Part shown: positions 37,955-47,579 of the stretch, in pieces
Numbering within the stretch: the first letter of the stretch is position 1
Layout: every line of letters begins with the position of its first letter
Source: a virus
Lineage: Duplodnaviria > Caudoviricetes
DNA length: 62,241 nt
Strand: one strand, 5' to 3'
Virus record (IMG/VR): IMGVR_UViG_3300037485_001606
Location: 1 to 62,241 of that record
The notes under the pieces: model-generated
The model's input: only the letters and a program-made list of their open reading frames with translations
Told to the model about the DNA's origin: nothing
The model's database searches: none
Translations under genes and position numbers: made by a program

Positions 37955-40900
37955 TGACTACGCTGACCAATGCCCGTGGAGAAGTTGTTGACCTGACAAC
38001 AGGAGAAGTTGTCGGCCGTACTGAAGAGGCCCCAACGGCAGTCGATCCTCGTAAGGCCGGGGTAGAAATGCCCGCGCCCGAAGGCAAGACTGCCCAAGGC
38101 CTGATCAACAACTTTTCATGGGGCTTCAACAGCGCCCTGTTCGCGCTCCCCGACTTTGTAACCAGAAAGATTGGTCAGGGTTTGGGCATGCAGGAGGACC
38201 AAGTTGCCACATTGTCAAAGTTCTTTAATAAAGGCGAACGCGCCCCTGTTAATTCAACTGAGCGGTATACCCGCGCCGTAGGCGAAGGCATTGGTGGCAC
38301 GTTGCCCTTTACCGGGATTCTGGCCTACGCTGCGAAAGCTGCCCCACTGGTCAAGGCTGCTGAGCCGAGCGCCGGGCTCCTCAAATCAATCGCCAATTCC
38401 GCTGTTCAGTACGCCCAGAAAAGCCCTATGGCGGCCGCTGCCACTGACATTGCCTTTGGTGCAGGTTACGAAGGCCTGCGTCAGGCGGTGGAAGAGAATG
38501 TGGGCGAGGACAACCCGTACAAGAGCATGTACAAGGAACTGCTTCCTGCCGCTGCATTTATGGGCCTTCCTTTGGCTGCCTCCAGTCTGCCCAGCGTCAA
38601 GGCCGCGGGCTGGACAATTGACAAGATCAAGGGCGCTGCAGGCGGCTTGGGAACGGTGGAGAAAGAAGCCATCGCCGGGCTGCCTAGGGGCTATCAACTC
38701 CCACTGATCAACATCATTCCAAAAGTCCTCGTCAAGCGGGCCGAAGGCAAGCTGGCTCAAGTGTTTGGCCCTATCAATGAGAGCCCCGAAGCACAGCAAG
38801 CGCTTAAGCAGTTGGAAGCCGCGTTGGCCGATCCGCGCATCTCGCAGGCTGGGTTTATGTTTGACGTGTCCGAGCGCACGATGTACGCCCCCTTGCTCAA
38901 GCGCAAAGCAGAACTGTTGGACCAGCTTGGGCCAAAAGAGTTGGAATCCGTCAAGGCTCGTATCAACGAGAACCAGCAACGACTATCCTCCCTGTTTGAT
39001 TCATTCTCCCCCGATGCAAGAAAACCCATTGAAGAAGCCTTCATGGCTGCCCAACAGGAACGCCAGACTTTCTTTGAGGGGCTGGTGCGCCAGAAGAAAG
39101 ATGTAACTGAAGCAGAAATGACGGCGCTGTCCGAGCGCTTGGGCCCACAGAACCTAGACATGCTCAACAACGAGTTGCGCGGTGTTTTGATGGCCGACAT
39201 GGAAGCTGACTTTGGCATGCGCCAGAAGATTCTGTCCCGGCTTGGAATGAAGCGGGCGGTCAACCCTGACGGTACTTTGGCGGATACCCGGTTCCGGGAA
39301 GGCCCTGATGCTGGGAAGAGCTTGCCTGAATACACTGCGTATGACATTGAGCAGGCTGCCCGTGGGTTGGTGGAGAAGTACACCCCCGCGCGCGCGACAG
39401 GAGTCAAAGGCGGACCAATGCCTGAGCCCATCCGCATACTGCAGTCCATGGTAGCCACCACAGACAAGGCCCGGGCAGAAGCCCTGAAACAAGCCACTGA
39501 ATCCCTGATCCAGCAACGGGTGAATGAGCAGCTTGCGGGCTACCCATTGGATCAAGCGCTGCGCGAGCAGGTGGTCTCCAACGTGCGTGCCTTGGTTACC
39601 CCCTCTGGCACTAAAGGCCAGAAGGCTGCCAGTGAACTGGCTCGTCAGATGAACCTGCAGAAAGCTTCAGGCATAGCGACCAAAGGCGGAGCCAAGGGCG
39701 AAGTGGCTGTGGCCACCGGAATCCCCGGCCGTCCTATCTATCTGAATCCCGAGCAGATCAAAACAGATGCCGCGATGATTGCCCGGGAAGGCACCAACAT
39801 CGACATCAACATCCCTGAGGCGCTGGACTTGCTGGCCGCTGCGCAGCGCTCGCGCCACGACGCCATCAACTCGTTCAATAGCTCACTGATGTCGGGCCGC
39901 GGAACGCGGATCGCGGACGCCCAACTGAAATTGGATCGGGGCAACGCAGGCTACAAGGATGTGGAGAACCTAGTTCTCAGCTCAGTGCCCAAAGTCAGCC
40001 GTGAGCATGAGGCCATGAAAATGGCTTTGGATGACTACAACGCGGGATTTGAGCAGCGCCTGCCCCTGCTGATGACCACGCAGAAGTCCGGGGGCCGAGA
40101 ATTCTTGTTGCCCAACGAAGACTTGATGCGTACGGCGTTCAAGACAGCGGACAATCTGCGCCAACTCAACGTCACCTTGGGCAATAACCCCGCCAAAGAG
40201 GAGCTGTTGACCAAAGGCGCTATTGATTGGGTACGCAGCAAGGGGGCGGTCACCCCAGAAGGACTGGTTGACCCCCGGAAGATTCGCAACATCTTGGACA
40301 ACAACAAGAACATTGTGGATAACCTTCCTGCCCCTGTGCAACAGCGCCTGCGCGACGAGGTGGCCAACGCCGATGACTTTGCCAAGCGGATGGGGGACAT
40401 TGACCGCCGCCGGGTGGATGCCACCAACAATGAACTTGATGGGCTACTGGCCAAGGCCAGCCGCCCTGATGCTGACCCACAACAGATTCTGACTACCGCC
40501 CTGCGTGACCCGGCCACCATGCGGGTACTGGTGGATCAGGTGGGTAAAGACCCAGAGAGCCTCGCAGCATTGCGCCGTAAGGTATGGGAAATTGCCACCG
40601 GCGGTGCTCAAGGGGGCGGTGCGCTGGAATCCTTCCTAAAAGGAAATGAAAAATCACTAGGTGTTCTATTTAAGAATACTTCGCATTTGAACGATCTCAA
40701 GACCTTGGCTGACCTGCAGCGCCGCGTCAACGCATTCTCCGATATCACCGGGCAGATTCCCGCGTTTGATTCTTTGGATGAGTCGATGAAGCGGCTGTTC
40801 GGCTCTGGTGTGCAGTTTTTGACTACCACCATGCGCGAAGCGGCAGTGGGCCGTATCAATCCAAGTACCGGTGCTCTAGCATTGATGCTTCGTTTGACGG

Positions 40901-41346
40901 GCAGTATCGAGAATCAACTGTATCAGCGCATCTTTACCAAGGCACTGGAAGACCCCATATTTGCCAAGTCGATCACGAACATTGGCACGCCTGCCGACGC
41001 CAAGAAAGTGGCGGCCATGCTGCAAGACATCGGCATCTCGCCGACAGCCTATGCGTCTCGCCCTGCGCGTGTCGCGGGCCTAGAGGCGTCCAAGCTGGCC
41101 CGCGGTGAGCAAGAGCTGCCCACGGAAGCCGCAGGACGTCCCGTGGCCCCCGGAACTGCTGCACAGATGCTGCGCAAGCTGCCACCAGCGCCGCAGACTC
41201 GCGGAATGCCAAATCTGCGCATGGGACCTCCACCAACTGGGCCTGCTGCGCCAACATCAAACCTGATGTACCCGTCGCTGTTCCCGAATGATCCGATCAG
41301 CCAGATGCTGCTTCAACGTCAACAACAAATTGGAGCTCCGAAATGA
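37954..41346 (+). CDS. Large internal virion protein (1130 aa)
   Basis: TAATG coupling; helical; ends YPSLFPNDPI. Confidence 0.65.
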   Translation: MTTLTNARGEVVDLTTGEVVGRTEEAPTAVDPRKAGVEMPAPEGKTAQGLINNFSWGFNSALFALPDFVTRKIGQGLGMQEDQVATLSKFFNKGERAPVNSTERYTRAVGEGIGGTLPFTGILAYAAKAAPLVKAAEPSAGLLKSIANSAVQYAQKSPMAAAATDIAFGAGYEGLRQAVEENVGEDNPYKSMYKELLPAAAFMGLPLAASSLPSVKAAGWTIDKIKGAAGGLGTVEKEAIAGLPRGYQLPLINIIPKVLVKRAEGKLAQVFGPINESPEAQQALKQLEAALADPRISQAGFMFDVSERTMYAPLLKRKAELLDQLGPKELESVKARINENQQRLSSLFDSFSPDARKPIEEAFMAAQQERQTFFEGLVRQKKDVTEAEMTALSERLGPQNLDMLNNELRGVLMADMEADFGMRQKILSRLGMKRAVNPDGTLADTRFREGPDAGKSLPEYTAYDIEQAARGLVEKYTPARATGVKGGPMPEPIRILQSMVATTDKARAEALKQATESLIQQRVNEQLAGYPLDQALREQVVSNVRALVTPSGTKGQKAASELARQMNLQKASGIATKGGAKGEVAVATGIPGRPIYLNPEQIKTDAAMIAREGTNIDINIPEALDLLAAAQRSRHDAINSFNSSLMSGRGTRIADAQLKLDRGNAGYKDVENLVLSSVPKVSREHEAMKMALDDYNAGFEQRLPLLMTTQKSGGREFLLPNEDLMRTAFKTADNLRQLNVTLGNNPAKEELLTKGAIDWVRSKGAVTPEGLVDPRKIRNILDNNKNIVDNLPAPVQQRLRDEVANADDFAKRMGDIDRRRVDATNNELDGLLAKASRPDADPQQILTTALRDPATMRVLVDQVGKDPESLAALRRKVWEIATGGAQGGGALESFLKGNEKSLGVLFKNTSHLNDLKTLADLQRRVNAFSDITGQIPAFDSLDESMKRLFGSGVQFLTTTMREAAVGRINPSTGALALMLRLTGSIENQLYQRIFTKALEDPIFAKSITNIGTPADAKKVAAMLQDIGISPTAYASRPARVAGLEASKLARGEQELPTEAAGRPVAPGTAAQMLRKLPPAPQTRGMPNLRMGPPPTGPAAPTSNLMYPSLFPNDPISQMLLQRQQQIGAPK

Positions 41347-41723
41347 TGGAAGAACTCATCGCCACCCTATTTCTCAGCCGGGAGTTTGCCCATCGCCGCC
41401 ATCTGGCGGTGACCGGGCCGGGCAGTTACGCGGCTCATCAAGCGCTGGGCTCGTTCTATGACGACATCATTGACAACGCAGATGCCATTGCCGAAGCCTA
41501 TCAGGGCCGCCACGGCCTCATGGATGAGATTCCATACCTGCCATGCCCCACGGCAAAGAAAACCATTGCAGCCACGGCTACGTGGCTTGAGAGCCAGATG
41601 AACAAGGTAGGTGAGCTGCGGTATGGCGCCTGCCCCAAGACAGAGACTGCAGTTCAGAATCTGATTGATGAGGCAGTGGCCACGTACCTGTCTACCCTCT
41701 ACAAACTTCGCAACTTGGAATAA
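41343..41723 (+). CDS. Ferritin/Dps-like four-helix protein (DUF5856-like)
   Basis: AHRRHL..SYAAHQALGSFYD..D.IAEAYQG..NLIDE..LYKL metal-ligand pattern. Confidence 0.7.
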   Translation: MMEELIATLFLSREFAHRRHLAVTGPGSYAAHQALGSFYDDIIDNADAIAEAYQGRHGLMDEIPYLPCPTAKKTIAATATWLESQMNKVGELRYGACPKTETAVQNLIDEAVATYLSTLYKLRNLE

Positions 41724-41745
41724 TTTATGACAATGCAGTTGCCGT

Positions 41746-42483
41746 CTACGCCGAAGGCAGGGATTCTCCACCCCCGGCGGCACTTGGGCTCGGGGTTAGA
41801 CCCGGGTCCTTTTTTGCATGTGCCTCGACCCTTCGCCACCACTGGTCCTTGTAGCCATCAAACTCCCTACCGACAGAGACAAATTCCTGCACTTCTCCGT
41901 CCTGCGCAACCATCAAGATAACGCCTTGGTTGATGGTGGTCCCATGCTGGTGGTTGTGGGCCACCGCATAGGCCGCAAGTTGGACAAAGTAGTCCTCGAT
42001 CCACGCGCGGCGCTTCATCTTGTTGGTCTGCTTAAAGTCAACAATTGAGGGCACGCCCTTGTACACGCCAATGAAGTCCGAGGTTCCCGCATAGCGGCCC
42101 GCGTACAGCAGGGGAATCTCCGTGCCCCACGCTTCGTTGACCGCGGGCATGAACTTCTCGATCAGTGTGTAGCCCATGCGGTAGCCTTTGACCTGCAGCC
42201 ACGTGCGCGGCGTCTCCAACGGCCTGTTAAGCAGGAGTCTTTCCACCACTGAGTGCATGTGCGTGCCTACCAGCGCCGCCTCATTCTTGATCCGATCCGC
42301 TTCCTCTGCGCCTATCCGGTTGGCCCAGTCATCCAAGTGCTTGGTGTCCTTGGTGCTGGACAGAATGGTGGTGACGCTGGGCACTGGGTCAGTGCCGTCC
42401 AATGTATAAACGCGGCCCGTGGGTAGGTCCAAACGCTTGAGCTTGGAATAGACGAATTTCTTTCTGATGGGGATGAGTTGCAT
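41746..42483 (-). CDS. PD-(D/E)XK exonuclease (MGME1/Cas4-like fold)
   Basis: PSVTTIL, GTHMH, YAGTSD, IVDFKQ, YFVQLAAYA; start at 42483 preferred over 42495. Confidence 0.85.
   Translation of the reverse strand: MQLIPIRKKFVYSKLKRLDLPTGRVYTLDGTDPVPSVTTILSSTKDTKHLDDWANRIGAEEADRIKNEAALVGTHMHSVVERLLLNRPLETPRTWLQVKGYRMGYTLIEKFMPAVNEAWGTEIPLLYAGRYAGTSDFIGVYKGVPSIVDFKQTNKMKRRAWIEDYFVQLAAYAVAHNHQHGTTINQGVILMVAQDGEVQEFVSVGREFDGYKDQWWRRVEAHAKKDPGLTPSPSAAGGGESLPSA
41786..41815 (+). terminator. Probable terminator of the late operon, overlapping the 3' end of the convergent exonuclease gene
   Basis: GGGCTCGGG-gttaga-CCCGGGTCC stem (two G-U pairs) plus T6. Confidence 0.55.
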
Positions 42484-43934
42484 TATTTGATCCATTCCTT
42501 AAGCGCTTCTCCAAGCACTGCATTAGCGATATTGATTTTGTTGCGCAGGGCCTTGACGATGTGCTCGTCCACGGTCCCCGGGCTGATGAAGTCGATGTAG
42601 GTCACTTTGTCGGTCTGGCCGATACGGTGAGCGCGGTCCTCGGACTGCAAGCGCTTCTCCAAGTCAAAAGAGTTGCTGTAGTAGATGACGGTCTTCGCCT
42701 CGGTAAGCGTGATGCCGTAGCCCCCAGTGCTGGGATTGCCAACAAAGAAGCGCAGTCCACTGTCTGGGTCTTGGAACCTTGTCACGATGTCCTGCCGCTC
42801 TTCTGCTTCTGTGTCGCCAAAGTAAGTGGCCACCGCCGTCATGCCATATTCCTTTTGGATGGCCAGCTTGATGTTGTCAATGTCTCGCCGGTAGTTGGCC
42901 CAGATGATGACCTTGCCTTGGCATTCTTCAAGCGTAGCCATCAGCTCGTTGACGCGGTTGTTGGGGATATCGATCTGAGTGCCATCATCAAACTTGGCAT
43001 GGCCACAGACAATCTGGTGTAGCCGCATGATCTGGGTCAGAGCGTTGTTGGTGGACATGAGGTTGCCGTCCACCAGCGCCAGCGCCGTCTGCTTCATCTG
43101 GTCGTAGTACTTCTTCTGCTCTGAGGTGAGTTCAATCTCACGGCGCAAGAACACCTTGTCAGGGAGGTCCAAGCATTCGTCCTTGGTCACCCGGAAGGCA
43201 AAGTCCTCCAGTTTTTTCTGCAATTCATCCAAGTGCCGGTAGCCCACAATCTGTTTGAAGGTGTGGGTGGACAGGCGGCGTTCAACGAGGACCGCGTACC
43301 GCGCTTGAAAAGCAAAGTAGCTGTTGTAGTTCAGGTAGCCCGGGCCGAGGAACTCGCACTGGCTGTAGACATCCAAGGGTGACTTGGTGACCGGGGACCC
43401 CGTGGCAATGCGCCTGTACCGCGCCTCTTTGCCTACCTTCACAATAGCCTTGGTCCGCTTGGCCTTGGAGTTCTTGATGGTGGTTGATTCATCAATCGCC
43501 ATGAAAGCATTGGTGACGCGCAGGAAGGTGCGAGCAAACGCGGTGCCCTTCTCCGTGCTGAAGGCCTCCACATTCATGATCAGGATGCGCAGCCCATGCA
43601 CATCATTGAGCATCTTCTCCATCTCCATCTTCTCTGCCTTGCGAGGAGTCGGGGACCACGCTGCCATGCTATAAGGAACGTGCTCCGGCATGTGCTTGGG
43701 AATCTCGGATGTATACCAATTGCGGTATACGCCCTTGGGTGCTACGATAAGCAGCGCATTTATCTTGCCTTTGTCATAGAGCATCGAAGCATTGTTGATA
43801 AGCATAAAGCTCTTGCCTGTGCCCATCTCAGCAAACAACGCGACACCTTCGTCCTCCCAGAAACGCTGTAGATATGCAGCTTGGTGGACGAACGGTTTGT
43901 TCTTAAAGGGGTACTGATTTAAAAAATAATCCAT
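42483..43934 (-). CDS. SNF2-family (SF2) helicase
   Basis: EMGTGKS, IDES, ATGSP, GGYGITL, QSEDRAHRIGQ; start MDYFL after a purine-rich RBS. Confidence 0.9.
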   Translation of the reverse strand: MDYFLNQYPFKNKPFVHQAAYLQRFWEDEGVALFAEMGTGKSFMLINNASMLYDKGKINALLIVAPKGVYRNWYTSEIPKHMPEHVPYSMAAWSPTPRKAEKMEMEKMLNDVHGLRILIMNVEAFSTEKGTAFARTFLRVTNAFMAIDESTTIKNSKAKRTKAIVKVGKEARYRRIATGSPVTKSPLDVYSQCEFLGPGYLNYNSYFAFQARYAVLVERRLSTHTFKQIVGYRHLDELQKKLEDFAFRVTKDECLDLPDKVFLRREIELTSEQKKYYDQMKQTALALVDGNLMSTNNALTQIMRLHQIVCGHAKFDDGTQIDIPNNRVNELMATLEECQGKVIIWANYRRDIDNIKLAIQKEYGMTAVATYFGDTEAEERQDIVTRFQDPDSGLRFFVGNPSTGGYGITLTEAKTVIYYSNSFDLEKRLQSEDRAHRIGQTDKVTYIDFISPGTVDEHIVKALRNKINIANAVLGEALKEWIK

Positions 43935-43960
43935 TGCTTTCTTTCTTTCTTGTAAAAGGG

Positions 43961-44013
43961 TTGACGCCCTTGGAAAGTAGTGTACACTAAATGCACGTTT
44001 AAAGAAAGGATAG
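43961..44013 (+). promoter_or_regulatory. Sigma70-like promoter and RBS for the replication operon (divergent from the helicase gene)
   Basis: TTGACG-16 nt-TACACT; palindrome TAGTGTACACTA over the -10; AGAAAGGATAG RBS. Confidence 0.55.
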
Positions 44014-44020
44014 CGTAAAC

Positions 44021-44350
44021 ATGGCAACAGTCTATATTGTTCAAGAGATGCCGAATCACGATCTGGCCCCTGCAATGAAGTACGGTGAGATGAAAGTCTT
44101 GCTTCCTCCGCATACACAGATCGCATTTAGCACTGCCCCCACCATACGAAGCTTGCGCCATAAACTGCGTAACTTCTCTGACGATGATTTCCTGCTTCTG
44201 GCAGGAGACCCCGTAGCAATAGGCTTGGCCTGCTCTATTGCTGTATTTTTTAATAGTGGCCGCTATACAGCGTTGAAGTGGGACCGCCGCGAACGTATGT
44301 ACATCCCTGTCAAAATTGACATCACCCAGAAAGGAGAAAGCGATGAGTAA
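44021..44350 (+). CDS. Conserved-type hypothetical protein (109 aa)
   Basis: VYIVQE..DDFLLLAGDP..LKWDR; strong RBS. Confidence 0.8.
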   Translation: MATVYIVQEMPNHDLAPAMKYGEMKVLLPPHTQIAFSTAPTIRSLRHKLRNFSDDDFLLLAGDPVAIGLACSIAVFFNSGRYTALKWDRRERMYIPVKIDITQKGESDE

Positions 44351-44900
44351 TTTAAATTCAATGTTCGAAGAGGACGCAGGTGCCCTGACCGTTAAGGATG
44401 AGGACCTGTCTTCAGTTGCAGCGTTGGCCAAGCGGGCCAAGATGCTGGAGAAAGAAATCGAAGAAGTCGAGTCCGTACTCAAAGAGCGCAAAGAACAACT
44501 GCGTAAGCTTGAGGAAGAGTCCATTCCCAATATGCTCAATGAGCTGGGCATGAAAGACTTCACCATGGCCGATGGCAGCAAGATCACAGTCAAACCCTTT
44601 TACTCTGCATCCATCAAGGAAGAGAACCGGGCTCAGGCTTATGAGTGGCTGCGTGACCATGGTTACGACGACATTATCAAGAATACCGTGTCTGTGCGTT
44701 TTGGTAGGGGAGAAGACCAATTGTGCGAGACGCTACTGAATCTGCTGCGTGAGCAAAGCTACCCTGTGGAGCAAGCGCAGAAGATCGAATCCCAGACTCT
44801 CAAGGCTTGGGTTCGTGAGCAAACGGAGCGCGGCAGCGCGTTCCCCTCTGAACTTTTTGGCGTCTATATCGGCCAAAAAGCGACTATTAAATCAGCCTAA
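44343..44900 (+). CDS. Coiled-coil replication-module protein
   Basis: AGAAAGGAG RBS before ATG 44343; EWLRDHGYDDIIKN, TLKAWVRE. Confidence 0.75.
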   Translation: MSNLNSMFEEDAGALTVKDEDLSSVAALAKRAKMLEKEIEEVESVLKERKEQLRKLEEESIPNMLNELGMKDFTMADGSKITVKPFYSASIKEENRAQAYEWLRDHGYDDIIKNTVSVRFGRGEDQLCETLLNLLREQSYPVEQAQKIESQTLKAWVREQTERGSAFPSELFGVYIGQKATIKSA

Positions 44901-44913
44901 AGGAAATTGAATC

Positions 44914-45690
44914 ATGAGCAAGACACAAGTAGCAGTCCAAGAGACTAAGCAATACGCAGTTGCATTGGGCAACGTATTTGAAGATGACGCCAACATCGGT
45001 TTCGATGGCATGGGACAGGATGACTTTGCGCTTCCGTTCCTGCGCCTGTTGACCAACACCAGCCCAGAGGTAGGTGTGATGGATGGAGCCATGCCCGGCA
45101 TGATCATGAACACCGTTACTGGTGAGCTGTTCAACGGCAAAGAAGGCATCAGCGTGATCCCCGTGACCTATATTCGTCAGTACATTGAATGGGCACCACG
45201 TGGCTCGGGCAGTGGAGCACCTATCACGGTCTACCCCGCTACCTCTGACATTCTGAGCCGCACGCACCGCGAACCGGGCGACAACAAAGACTACTTGGAT
45301 AACGGTAATTACATTGAGAACACCGCCAATCACTACGTGATGGTGCTCAATGACGCAGGTATCCCTGAGCCCGCGCTCATCACCATGAAGTCCACTCAGC
45401 TTAAGAAGAGCCGCAAGTGGAACAGCATGCTGATGTCCACGAAGCTGATGGGCAAGAACGGTCCGTTCACGCCTCCCATGTACAGCCACATCTATCGCCT
45501 GTCCACACAAGCTGAGTCCAACGACAAAGGCAAGTGGTTTGGTTGGGAGATCGAAAAGGTTGGTGCCGTGGAAGACATGAATACTTATGCCGCTGCCAAA
45601 GCATTTGCATTACAGATTAACTCTGGCGAAGTGAAGGTCAAGCACGAACACGCTGAAGGCACTGTCGAATCAAGCGCTGCCCCGTTCTGA
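44914..45690 (+). CDS. Putative ssDNA-binding protein
   Basis: LPFLRLL..SP, MKSTQLKKSRKWN, NDKGKWFGW, acidic tail ending PF. Confidence 0.65.
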   Translation: MSKTQVAVQETKQYAVALGNVFEDDANIGFDGMGQDDFALPFLRLLTNTSPEVGVMDGAMPGMIMNTVTGELFNGKEGISVIPVTYIRQYIEWAPRGSGSGAPITVYPATSDILSRTHREPGDNKDYLDNGNYIENTANHYVMVLNDAGIPEPALITMKSTQLKKSRKWNSMLMSTKLMGKNGPFTPPMYSHIYRLSTQAESNDKGKWFGWEIEKVGAVEDMNTYAAAKAFALQINSGEVKVKHEHAEGTVESSAAPF

Positions 45691-45695
45691 GTTTA

Positions 45696-45770
45696 GGGGC
45701 CGAAAGCGGATGCTGGCACAAACACCCCATAGGCAGTCAGAGACGACAGCCAGTGCAGCGAGTAGGCCCC
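45696..45770 (+). ncRNA. Candidate structured RNA with a loop-E-like internal loop upstream of the primase
   Basis: GGGGCC/GGCCCC stem, GAAA opposite GAGTA, inner TGCTGGC/GCCAGTG stem. Confidence 0.5.
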
Positions 45771-45789
45771 ACCTTCCATAGAGAGTTGT

Positions 45790-47322
45790 ATGACTGATAT
45801 CACCAGATTCAAAGCCATATTTAGCGGCCTCGACATCGCTTATGGCACCTATAGAATTAAATCGGAGCGTGGCGATGGTAAGCAGGCGGGACAAGCTACG
45901 GTGGTTCGTAAGCCGCCAACTGACGCCCTATGGGTTCAACATTTTGCTGGTGTGGACCCTTCCTTGGGAATTATTCCGATACGGTCTGACAACACTTGTA
46001 TCTGGGGCTGCATCGATATTGACCAGTACCCACTGGACCATAAAGGCTTGGTGGAAAAGGTTGCGCAGCTAAAGCTGCCAATGGTTGTTTGCCGTAGCAA
46101 ATCAGGAGGCGCACATGTGTTTTTATTTACTAAAGAGCCTGCGCCAGCACGTGACTTCCAAACGTACCTCAAGAATGCGGCTGCGCTCCTTGGTGAGGCT
46201 GGCCGAGAAATATTTCCCAAGCAAGCAGAGATACTTGTCGAGCGTGGAGACACCGGCAATTTCCTCAACCTGCCGTACTTTGGCGGTGATTCGGGGACGC
46301 GGTACGCGTTCAATGCCGATGGCTCAGCAGCAAGCCTTGAGGAGTTCTACGCGCTGCACGCGGCAAACGTACAAAGCCTTCCCCTTGACTTCCCTGAGCC
46401 GCCTAAGCAAGCAGAGAGCCCTATCAAAGATGGCCCGCCTTGCCTGCAGGCGCTTTGTGCGCAAGGGTTTCCAGAAGGCACCCGCAATAACGGATTATTC
46501 AACATTGGTGTCTATCTCAAACGCGCTCACCCCGGCGCGTGGGAAGACAGGATGGTTGAGTACAACCTCAAGTACGTTTCCCCTCCTCTCCCAAACAATG
46601 AAGTCCAGCTCATCATCAAGCAGGCAGGGAAGAAGGACTACCAGTACAAGTGCAAGGATGCCCCTCTCAACAGTTTTTGCAATTCTGGGCTGTGCCGTTC
46701 CCGCAAGTTTGGCATCGGTGCACACGCCCCTGATTCAGCGCAGATAGCCAGCCTGTCCAAGTACGCCAGTGACCCGCCCCTGTGGTTTCTGGATGTGAAC
46801 GGCAAGCGTGTCGAGCTGGAAACAGAGATGCTCTACAACCAAGCTGCTTTCCAAAAGGCCTGCCTCGAGAAAATCAATGTGGTGCCGCCTACCCTGCGCA
46901 AGCAGGACTGGGAGAACATGTTGAACGCCCTTTTGAAAGAGATGGTGGAGACTGAGCAAATCACCGTTGCATCGGAAGACACCAGCGTGGTTGGCCGCTT
47001 CATGGACCTCTTGGAAGAGTTTACGACCCATATGCAGCAGGCCTTGGCCCGCGAAGAGATGCTCATGGGCCGCCCATGGACCGATGAGGATGAAGCCAAG
47101 ACATACTTCCGGATCAAGGACCTTGACGCGCACTTGTTGCGTAATAACTTTAAGGCACTGACTGCTCCCAAGATGGCCCAGCGCCTGCGCGACATTGGCG
47201 GAGAGCCCATTAGTTTGTTTCTTAAAGGTAGAGCAGTCCGCTGCTGGCGCATTCCACGCTTTGGAAAGCAAGAAGCTCCGTTTGAAACACAAACGCAGCG
47301 CAAAGAAGGGAGTCCGTTTTGA
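45790..47322 (+). CDS. Primase (AEP/PrimPol-like with PriCT-like domain)
   Basis: WGCIDID, RSKSGGAH, GNFLNLPY, PPCL..EGTRNNGLF. Confidence 0.85.
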   Translation: MTDITRFKAIFSGLDIAYGTYRIKSERGDGKQAGQATVVRKPPTDALWVQHFAGVDPSLGIIPIRSDNTCIWGCIDIDQYPLDHKGLVEKVAQLKLPMVVCRSKSGGAHVFLFTKEPAPARDFQTYLKNAAALLGEAGREIFPKQAEILVERGDTGNFLNLPYFGGDSGTRYAFNADGSAASLEEFYALHAANVQSLPLDFPEPPKQAESPIKDGPPCLQALCAQGFPEGTRNNGLFNIGVYLKRAHPGAWEDRMVEYNLKYVSPPLPNNEVQLIIKQAGKKDYQYKCKDAPLNSFCNSGLCRSRKFGIGAHAPDSAQIASLSKYASDPPLWFLDVNGKRVELETEMLYNQAAFQKACLEKINVVPPTLRKQDWENMLNALLKEMVETEQITVASEDTSVVGRFMDLLEEFTTHMQQALAREEMLMGRPWTDEDEAKTYFRIKDLDAHLLRNNFKALTAPKMAQRLRDIGGEPISLFLKGRAVRCWRIPRFGKQEAPFETQTQRKEGSPF

Positions 47323-47579
47323 AAAAATGGGACGGTTTTGATGAGGCCATTATTGGCCCCGCTATGGTCTGGGCTCGAAGAGGCGGCCAGATTGAGATTT
47401 TGGTTTACAACGGCGAAATCATCCGCAATATCCTGATGTCTCGGGACGGCATGGAGTTTTCGGAAGCACGGGAGTTCATCGAGTTCAACCTTGAAGGGGC
47501 GTACATCGGCATAGATGGCCCGCTTCTGGTCTGGCCCCACGATATGTATAGAGTGACCAACCATGACACCGAGCATTGA
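47319..47579 (+). CDS. Conserved-type hypothetical protein (86 aa)
   Basis: DGFDEAIIG..EAREFIEFNLEGAYIG; TTG start overlapping the primase stop. Confidence 0.7.
   Translation: MKKWDGFDEAIIGPAMVWARRGGQIEILVYNGEIIRNILMSRDGMEFSEAREFIEFNLEGAYIGIDGPLLVWPHDMYRVTNHDTEH

Noticed and set aside
41746-42483. Cas4 as evidence of a CRISPR system
   Set aside because: It lacks the four-Cys Fe-S pattern and sits in the replication module; an ordinary phage PD-(D/E)XK exonuclease.
45696-45770. tRNA gene or intrinsic terminator
   Set aside because: No T-loop or D-loop consensus, no cloverleaf and no U-tract; kept only as an ncRNA candidate.
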